Positions 1 through 6,270 of a stretch of DNA of 24,909 nucleotides are shown piece by piece. Each line of letters starts with the position of its first letter. Within the stretch, counting starts at the first letter, position 1. A model generated the notes under the pieces. It searched no databases, was not told the DNA's origin, and saw nothing but the letters and a program-made list of their open reading frames with translations. The position numbers and the translations under genes are program-made. The stretch is from Candidatus Methylomirabilota bacterium (GTDB taxonomy: Bacteria; Methylomirabilota; Methylomirabilia; Rokubacteriales; CSP1-6): assembly GCA_046726415.1 (NCBI GenBank), contig JBKPAK010000283.1:1-24909 (forward strand), in the 5' to 3' direction.

Positions 1-102
1 CCCATGATCCAGGCCGCTCACCGCGTCGGGCCCACGCAGGAGACCGATGAGGCGCTGGACAAGCTGATAGTGCTGCGCGCTGGACGGCGCGGCGGCTGGT
101 GA
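1..102 (+). CDS. Possible 3' end of a hypothetical CDS entering from the left edge
   Basis: Open frame from base 1 (PMIQAAHRVGPTQETDEALDKLIVLRAGRRGGW) to TGA at 100-102, convergent with the ligase gene. No recognisable domain. Confidence 0.35.
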   Translation, partial: PMIQAAHRVGPTQETDEALDKLIVLRAGRRGGW

Positions 103-122
103 ACTGATGGGATGCCTCGGCG

Positions 123-1019
123 TCAGCTGGACGGCAAAGTGGTCGCGAACCCGCGGAACACGGGAGCGCGTAAGACGCCGGCCGGTGTCACGTCACCATA
201 GGTCACCTCGGCCACCAGGCGAGGGTCGAGCCATGTCACCCCGCGCACCGGTACGCGTTCCGAGAATGGCGATGTTGAGCGCACTAGTCCGTTGCTTGCG
301 AGCGCGTCCGCGAGTCGACGCCCGACACCAACATGCACGAGACCTCGATAACTGAGGCCGCCGTTCTGGGCCGTTCCAAGCAGCAGGCTCCATCCCTCCA
401 TGCGTTCGACGACACCCCCGACGACAAAGCGCCCCTCGTGGCGTACTTTCGCCTTGAGCCAGGACCTCGTCGAACCGCCGGTCAGATAGGTGGAGGTGGG
501 GTCCTTTCCCACGTAGCCTTCGATCCCGCGGGCCAGCACCTGCTCCCACGCCTTGTGTCCGTGGCCCGGCAACCGGCGCACAGGGAGGACGAGTGCGGCG
601 CCGTCTACCAGGCGTTCCAGTTCGCCACGGCGCTCCTCTAGCGGCTGTGCCCGGAGATCACGTCCGCGGCCATAGAGGATGTCGAACGCAATATAGACAG
701 GACGCGTCGTCGGTACGTCCGACCTGGGATCACCAAGCAGATCGAAGCGCGAGACCAGTCGCTCATCGAACACGGCGACCTCGCCATCGAGGATGAGGGT
801 GGTACCCGGCAGCGACGCGATGGCTTTGGCCAAGCCCGGAAAACGGCCAGTGTGCTCGACACCCTTCCGGCTGACAATACGGACGCGGCCTCCGGCCTTG
901 TAGGCGACGATGCGCCACCCGTCGACCTTCTCCTCGTAGACCCAACCGGGGCGGTGGAAGGGCTTGACGAGTGTCGGCTGAAGCGGGGTGAGTTCAAACG
1001 GGGGAATGAAACGAGCCAC
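123..1019 (-). CDS. ligD: ATP-dependent DNA ligase (LigD/LigC-type ligase plus OB domain only)
   Basis: Motif I EEKVDGWR (KxDG), motif III LDGE, IIIa FDIL, IV EGYVGK, V WLKAK, and OB-fold C-terminus (WLDPRLVAEVTY...LRAPVFRG). No polymerase or phosphoesterase domain. Confidence 0.9.
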   Translation of the reverse strand: MARFIPPFELTPLQPTLVKPFHRPGWVYEEKVDGWRIVAYKAGGRVRIVSRKGVEHTGRFPGLAKAIASLPGTTLILDGEVAVFDERLVSRFDLLGDPRSDVPTTRPVYIAFDILYGRGRDLRAQPLEERRGELERLVDGAALVLPVRRLPGHGHKAWEQVLARGIEGYVGKDPTSTYLTGGSTRSWLKAKVRHEGRFVVGGVVERMEGWSLLLGTAQNGGLSYRGLVHVGVGRRLADALASNGLVRSTSPFSERVPVRGVTWLDPRLVAEVTYGDVTPAGVLRAPVFRGFATTLPSS

Positions 1020-1137
1020 CGAGTGTCATTGTGCCGGGCGCGTCAAGCTAGCGTCCGTGCGAGTCGCCGACTGGCCCGCATAGGCCGGTCCGTTCAGAAG
1101 ATGGGCGAAAGGCAGCCTGCTGATGCAAGAGAGTCGC

Positions 1138-1178
1138 TTGACTTATATCACAATCTTTGATATAGCTATAGTTATAGT
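1138..1178 (+). promoter_or_regulatory. Sigma70-type promoter with overlapping operator for XRE gene 1
   Basis: TTGACT (1138-1143)-N17-TATAGC (1161-1166); perfect inverted repeat TATATCA-N7-TGATATA (1144-1164); AT-rich island; no Shine-Dalgarno before ATG 1179. Confidence 0.7.
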
Positions 1179-1382
1179 ATGAGCCCACGGAGGATCGGCG
1201 TGGTGATTCGCAAGCTGCGCGAGGCCGAAGGATTGACGCAGGTACATCTGGCCAAGCGAGCAAAGGTGTCGCAGGCGTATCTTTCGCTTCTCGAGGCGGG
1301 TCAGAGAAAAGCGCCCACCATCCGCGTGGCCCAGCGGCTCGCCAAGGCCCTCGGCGTGCCAGTGGCGGAGCTGTTGGAGTAG
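1179..1382 (+). CDS. XRE/Cro-C1 family HTH transcriptional regulator
   Basis: 67 aa; IRKLREAEGLTQVHLAKRAKVSQAYLSLLEAG...LAKALGV is the classic HTH_3 pattern. Confidence 0.9.
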   Translation: MSPRRIGVVIRKLREAEGLTQVHLAKRAKVSQAYLSLLEAGQRKAPTIRVAQRLAKALGVPVAELLE

Positions 1383-1387
1383 ACCCG

Positions 1388-2038
1388 ATGGTGAGCCAGC
1401 CCTGTGCGCGCTGTCGGAAGGTGAAGCACTGCAAGTTCACCCGCGAGGCGGACGGGCGCATCACCTATGTCTGTCGCCCGTGCCTCTCGCGCGCCGCGCG
1501 GTTAACTCGGGACCACGGCGCCGGAGTTAACCGTAGCGCCACGCTCAGCGCCGCGATGCAGGACGTCCTCGTCGCCTGCGCATCGTCCACGGACGGCATC
1601 GTGAGCGTCGACGAGCTGGTCACCCGCCGCGTCTCCGGGGGCGCCGCCCTTTTGGTGGCGCGGGCGTCGCTCTCACGGACCCTGCGGCGGCTGTGGCGCG
1701 CGGGGCTGGTGGAGTTGACTGGAGCGCCCTACCGTCCGAGGCCCGATCACTGGGGGTTTGCTGACCCGAGGGCGACCGCCGAGAAGCAGCGCGCGATGGC
1801 GGACTCGGCGGACGAGTACCGCCGCGTGCGGCGGTTCAGGCTGAAGATGGGGTTTGAGCCGTCGAAAGATCGCGCGGCGTACCGGGCTGAGTGCCTGGCT
1901 CGCAGCGCCCGCCCTGAGGTGCGCGCCCAGTATGTGCTCATCACAGATAGCGGCCGGTTAACTGTTGCCCCCCGTCGGAAGTTAACCGACCGGAGGAATG
2001 AAAAGAGCGGAGTGAAGAAGATGCCCGGCGCGCGGTGA
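1388..2038 (+). CDS. Hypothetical protein: N-terminal CxxC..CxxC Zn-ribbon and putative winged-helix domain
   Basis: CARC...CRPC at the N-terminus. LSAAMQDVL...SLSRTLRRLWRAGLVE...VLITDSGR resembles a MarR-like wHTH with a long insertion in the wing. Starts 5 bp after the XRE stop. Confidence 0.6.
   Translation: MVSQPCARCRKVKHCKFTREADGRITYVCRPCLSRAARLTRDHGAGVNRSATLSAAMQDVLVACASSTDGIVSVDELVTRRVSGGAALLVARASLSRTLRRLWRAGLVELTGAPYRPRPDHWGFADPRATAEKQRAMADSADEYRRVRRFRLKMGFEPSKDRAAYRAECLARSARPEVRAQYVLITDSGRLTVAPRRKLTDRRNEKSGVKKMPGAR
1499..1533. repeat. Inverted-repeat site A: CGGTTAACTC-N15-GAGTTAACCG
   Basis: Perfect 10-bp arms at 1499-1508 and 1524-1533. Confidence 0.9.
1951..1992. repeat. Inverted-repeat site B: CGGcCGGTTAACT-N16-AGTTAACCGaCCG
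   Basis: Perfect 9-bp core arms at 1955-1963 and 1980-1988, identical to site A, extendable to 12/13. Confidence 0.9.
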
Positions 2039-2106
2039 GACACGTCTGTCAGTGTTCGGGGGAACCTCTACGGCCTCGACTGGAACTTTGAGGAGGTGTG
2101 CCGCTA

Positions 2107-2397
2107 ATGGAACCCACCTGGCGTATCATCATCGGAATCCCCAAAGAGGCCGAGACGAAAGAGGCGTTTCGTCAACTACGGATGAACACACTGAACGTCT
2201 GGTGCCTCGTCTCACTGGCGCTCTCCGGCGGGGTCTTGTGGGGCATCATCCACATCGTCCGCCAGGGGGGTCTCGATACGCCATCAGTAGCGACGATCTT
2301 CGGTTGTCTGGCCGCCCAGGTAGTCCCTGCGTACGGCATCAAGCGATGGCGGAACCACGCGCAGGAAGTGCTGCGGAAGCGAAAGGCGATGAGATAA
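2107..2397 (+). CDS. Small 2-TM membrane protein (paralogue of 4704-5096)
   Basis: GAGGAGG at 2090-2096, ATG at 2107, two hydrophobic segments. Shares PK..E.+EA...LRMNTLNVW.LVSL.LS...LW.II.I+RQG..D..S...YG+.RWR.H with the second copy. Confidence 0.8.
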   Translation: MEPTWRIIIGIPKEAETKEAFRQLRMNTLNVWCLVSLALSGGVLWGIIHIVRQGGLDTPSVATIFGCLAAQVVPAYGIKRWRNHAQEVLRKRKAMR

Positions 2398-2452
2398 ACC
2401 TCGCCACAATACCGCTCCTCTGGTGGTTGGATCATCCGGGCGGAGGCGCGCG

Positions 2453-2860
2453 ATGACTGACCCGATGACCGTCGGCGACCTCGCGCGCTTCGCACGCGCG
2501 CACCCGGCCGGCGCCGAGGAGGATGCCCACCGGCGGCACGGTCAGGAGAGTGGCTACCCCCCCTGCTGTGTCGAGTTCTTCACGGCCCTCGTTCGGTTCA
2601 AGTGGTTCCAGATTCCGGGCGCACGGGGCATCGGGGGGACCGTGGAGTCCTATTGGGCGCTGGTGGCCCTCACCTCTCACCGCGGGTACATTCCGTGCCC
2701 CGCGTGTCTCGGGGTGCCGTGGTCGACGCCGCTCGACCCGAGAGGCCATCGCCGACCGACGTGGGATGTTGCCTATCAGCTGAGCCTGTTCGGTGACGTG
2801 GAACAGGAGTTCGCGGATTGGCTGGCTGCGCAGGAGGCGCGCCGGCGCGCCCAAATGTGA
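2453..2860 (+). CDS. Hypothetical Cys-rich protein (GYPPCC...GYIPCPAC) with QLSLF motif
   Basis: GGAGG at 2442-2446, ATG at 2453. The Cys cluster is compatible with metal binding. Confidence 0.65.
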   Translation: MTDPMTVGDLARFARAHPAGAEEDAHRRHGQESGYPPCCVEFFTALVRFKWFQIPGARGIGGTVESYWALVALTSHRGYIPCPACLGVPWSTPLDPRGHRRPTWDVAYQLSLFGDVEQEFADWLAAQEARRRAQM

Positions 2861-2914
2861 ACGTCAATGGCTGCGGTCATTCAGCGCATGTGGCGCAGCG
2901 GGTCGCGTGGGGCT

Positions 2915-2933
2915 AGTTGTACATTGTCCAACT
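2915..2933. promoter_or_regulatory. Candidate operator upstream of integrase 1
   Basis: AT-rich imperfect palindrome AGTTGTACA-T-TGTCCAACT (8/9 symmetric) in the intergenic gap. Confidence 0.45.
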
Positions 2934-2999
2934 TGATCGCCTGCGCGCTGATGGCCCGACGCGGTGACGGCATCGAACCCGAGGAGAAACGGAGGGCAC

Positions 3000-3866
3000 A
3001 TGGGGGCGATCTACCGCAGACCCAACTCACCATTCCTGTGGATTAAGTACTACGTGAACGGCCGCCCCGTGCGCGAGAGCACGGGGACCGCGAAGGAGAA
3101 GGAGGCCGAGCAGTTCCTCAAGCGGCGTGAAGGTGCCGCGGCCGAGGGGAAGCCGGTCTTCCATCGCATCGATCGGGTCAGGTACGAAGAGGTGGCCGCG
3201 GACCTTCGTCGCTACTACGCGACGACCGGCAAGCGTGACAAGGTCGAATCAGAGACGCGCCTGACGCACCTCGACAGGTTCTTCGCCCGCGTGCGCGTCG
3301 CGGATATCACGCCAGCGCTGATCGCCCGGTATGTCGAGCAGCGTCAAGCGGCGCCGGCCGCGAATGGCACCATCAACCGCGAGCTGGCCGTGCTCTCACG
3401 CATGCTGCGCCTCGGCTACAAGCACGGCAAAGTCCTGCGGTGGCCCGTCATCGAGAAGCTCACGGAGGCGCCCCCGCGGGCGGGGTTCTTCGAGGAACAC
3501 CAGTACGAGGCCGTGCGGCGGCAGTTACCAGATGACCTCCAGGTCGCTACCGCGATCATGTACGTGTACGGCTGGCGCGTCGGGGAGGTGCTCACGCGCG
3601 AGTGGCGGCACGTCGAGCTCCAGGCGGAGACGTTGCGCCTGGAGCCCGGAGAGACGAAGAACGGTGACGGGCGTCTCGTCTACCTCACCGACGAGCTCAA
3701 AGCGCTCCTGACGGCCCAGCGGGGGCGTGTAGACGCCTTACAGCGTCAACTCGGCCGGATCATCCCACCGACGCGGCGCGAGTGTGTGCGGTGCGGAACG
3801 TGGTATCTCTCGCGCGAGCTGGCGCCGCGCTGTCCGCGGTGCGGGCTGAAAGAGGCCGCGGACTGA
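3000..3866 (+). pseudogene. Tyrosine integrase, C-terminally truncated near 3767 and fused in frame to a Zn-ribbon tail
   Basis: GGAGG plus ATG 3000; arm-binding-like N-terminus (WIKYYVNGRPVRESTGT), TINRELAVL, box I YGWRVGEV, TKNG. No HxxR, GH or catalytic Tyr; ends ECVRCG...CPRCG. Confidence 0.85.
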
Positions 3867-3973
3867 CGCTGTGTGTGAGGGATCGTCTTGACGTACAGAC
3901 GAACCACGCCTTGCGCGGGCGGGTTGAAATCTCGTTTCAAAACGGCCCTCCTCACCCCGGCGACCATTCCCCC

Positions 3974-4010
3974 TTGACAGATCTGTAGCCGATCAGATAC
4001 TATAGCCCGT
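3974..4010 (+). promoter_or_regulatory. Sigma70-type promoter with palindromic operator for XRE gene 2 (leaderless geometry)
   Basis: TTGACA (3974-3979)-N18-TACTAT (3998-4003), 7 nt before ATG 4011. Palindrome ACAGATCTGT (3977-3986) and inverted repeat ATCTG-N8-CAGAT (3981-3998). Confidence 0.7.
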
Positions 4011-4214
4011 ATGGCGCTCATGCGGGCTCTGGCGCACCAGCTCCGCGCTCGACGCGCCGCCCGCGGGTGGAGCCAGGCGGATCTCGCGGCGCGATCCGGA
4101 GTGAGCCGCATTCACATTGCGCGCATTGAGACGGGCATCCGTGAGCCCACGGTCGGCGTCCTCGAGAAGTTGGCGAAGGCGCTGAACGTCAAGCCCGGCG
4201 CGCTGCTGGGGTAA
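4011..4214 (+). CDS. XRE/Cro-C1 family HTH transcriptional regulator
   Basis: 67 aa; LRARRAARGWSQADLAARSGVSRIHIARIETG.REPTVGVLEKLAKALNV. Confidence 0.92.
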   Translation: MALMRALAHQLRARRAARGWSQADLAARSGVSRIHIARIETGIREPTVGVLEKLAKALNVKPGALLG

Positions 4215-4266
4215 CGGGGGGGAACGTGGCCCATCCACCCGTACGCCGAGGAGGAAGACAGGACCG

Positions 4267-4704
4267 ATGAGCCCGCCCAGCCTCCCCCCGATCTCCCCCG
4301 ACACGATGATCACCGAGCTGACGCCGCGTGGCGTCGTGACCCGCCCGATGACGGCGCGGGAGCGGCGGTCGCGGGCGGCTCAGCGCGCGCGTTGGGCTCG
4401 GCAGGATCAGCAGCGGAAGGCCGACGCCGAGGCCGGCCGCGCGTGGTATACGGCCTTCCTCGCGGCCGGCGGCCTGACCCTGGACGACGATAAGGTCCTC
4501 CCAGGGTTGCCGGGCCTCCCGGAGCTCGTGAAGTCTCTGAGCTGGCGCACGGGCGACGACCGCGAGCGCGTCGAGTGGCTCCTGCGCCAGTACGTCCTCG
4601 TCACCCTTGAATTGCGAGCCCGCCACTGGCGCATCGGCAAGCGCCTCTATGGGAAGGTCCTCGCGGCCACGGAACGGGTAATGGCGCCGGAGGACGGGTC
4701 GTAA
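4267..4704 (+). CDS. Hypothetical protein
   Basis: Purine-rich RBS region upstream; TAATG stop/start overlap with the next gene. No recognised domain. Confidence 0.6.
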   Translation: MSPPSLPPISPDTMITELTPRGVVTRPMTARERRSRAAQRARWARQDQQRKADAEAGRAWYTAFLAAGGLTLDDDKVLPGLPGLPELVKSLSWRTGDDRERVEWLLRQYVLVTLELRARHWRIGKRLYGKVLAATERVMAPEDGS

Positions 4705-5096
4705 TGGCCCCGGGAGGCCGCCCGCCCGGGCCGCGGATGCCGAAGATGACCGAGATGCGGGAAGCGTGGCGGCAACTGCGCCAAATGAAGATGAATCCCT
4801 TCTGGCCGCCGCTCATCTGGCGCCCCAAAGACCCGGAGATGCGAGAAGCGTGGAGTCGGCTGCGGATGAATACCCTGAACGTCTGGCTCCTGGTCTCACT
4901 CGGGCTGTCCCTCATGCTGTTGTGGCCAATCATCACCATCATCCGTCAGGGCTTTGTCGATCCGCTCTCGACGGCGATCTTCACGGTGTTGGCGGTCGCG
5001 CAAGCGCTGTCCGTCTATGGCGTGACGCGATGGCGGGACCACACCCGGCGCGTGGAGAAGAAAGGAAGCGACCGCAAGTCAGGTGATGCTCCGTGA
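4704..5096 (+). CDS. Small 2-TM membrane protein (paralogue of 2107-2397) with N-terminal internal repeat
   Basis: LRMNTLNVW signature, two hydrophobic helices, EMREAW..LR repeated twice. Confidence 0.8.
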   Translation: MAPGGRPPGPRMPKMTEMREAWRQLRQMKMNPFWPPLIWRPKDPEMREAWSRLRMNTLNVWLLVSLGLSLMLLWPIITIIRQGFVDPLSTAIFTVLAVAQALSVYGVTRWRDHTRRVEKKGSDRKSGDAP

Positions 5097-5149
5097 AGCG
5101 CTTCTCTACCGCCACTCCATGGTGACCCCACGACGAGCGCGGAGGACGC

Positions 5150-6270
5150 ATGGCCAAGATCATCACGACGACCTGGACGAAACGCGGGCTCGACGGCCGC
5201 ACGGTGAAGGTCCGGGCCTTCGGCTACACGCTCATGGTCGACGGCACGCGGGAACGGAAGTTCTCGGCCGAGTGGACGTCACGGGACGATGCGCTCACCG
5301 CACTGGAGGCGCGGCGGAAGGCGATCGCAGCGGGGAAAGTGGAGCGCGCCCCTGAGCGCACGCTCGGCCAGCTGGCCGCCGAGTACCTCGCCTACAAGAA
5401 AGCCAAGCCGTCCATCCGCGAAGACACGCGCTATCTCACGGCGCAGTTCCTTCCCGCGTTCGGCGCCGGCCTGCCGATCCGTCGCCTGACGGGGCCGATG
5501 ATCGCGCAGTGGGAACGCCGGCGCGCGGCAGAGGTGAGCCTGTACACCATCAACAACGAGCTGGCCGTGCTGAAGCACATGCTCCGCTTGGCCAAGAAAT
5601 GGGGCTACCTCGACGTGGTGCCCGATATCGAGATGCCCAAGGAACCGAAAGGGCGCGATCGGTACCTCTCCGAGGAGGAGATCGTACGGTTCCTCGACGC
5701 GTGCGACCGGGCCGCGAATCCGTGCCTGGGGGCCTTGGTCCGCGTGGCCATCAACACCGCCATGCGCCGAGGCGAGCTGCTCGGGCTGGAGTGGGAGCGG
5801 ATCGACCTGGCCACCTCGCGGATCACCCTCTACGACACGAAGAACGGGGAGCCCCGATCGGTGCCGGTCAACAGCGCCGTCTACGCAGTCCTGATCGCCC
5901 TGGAGCCCGACCCGGCGAGGCGGAGCGGGTGGGTATTCCGCGCCCGGAACGGCGGGCAGTGGCGGCACATCAAGAAGTCCTTCACGACTGCCTTGCGCCG
6001 GGCTGGCATCCAGGGAATACGCTTCCATGATCTCCGCCACACGGCGGCTTCTCACATATGGTGATGCGAGGCCGGAGCCTCAAAGAGGTGCAGGAGGTAC
6101 TCGGGCACAAGAACTTCACCATGACCCTGCGCTACGCCCACCTTTCGGCCGCGCACAAGCTGGCCGCGGTGGAGGCCCTCGACGGGCTCACCCCGGCGCC
6201 GGAGGCGCGCCAGTTGGCCAGTAAAATGGCCGAAAACGCTCCTGACGGCCATACGCGGCGAGAAGAAGTC
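5150..6270 (+). pseudogene. Tyrosine integrase split by a +2 frameshift at about 6056-6059; 3' end approximate
   Basis: GGAGG plus ATG 5150. TAMRRGEL, TKNG and FHDLRHT lie in frame 5150-6064; VQEVLGH...TLRYAHL lies in the frame starting 6058. CAC-AT-ATG-GTG looks like an AT duplication. Confidence 0.9.

Larger units (their letters stand above)
123..6270. mobile_element. Decayed tandem integrative element region (two XRE-...-integrase modules); boundaries approximate
   Basis: Two tyrosine integrase genes, two XRE HTH genes and two homologous small membrane genes in the same order. The left boundary is not determined and may lie outside the window. Confidence 0.7.

Noticed and set aside
1499..1992. 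GTTAAC sites as integron attC or dif sites
   Set aside because: Each site is only about 35 bp and lacks the GTTRRRY core and L-box pattern; the spacer is far longer than the 6-8 bp of dif-type cores; neither integrase looks like IntI.
3921..3942. GTTGAAAT/GTTTCAA resembling a CRISPR repeat end
   Set aside because: Single occurrence, no spacer periodicity and no cas genes.
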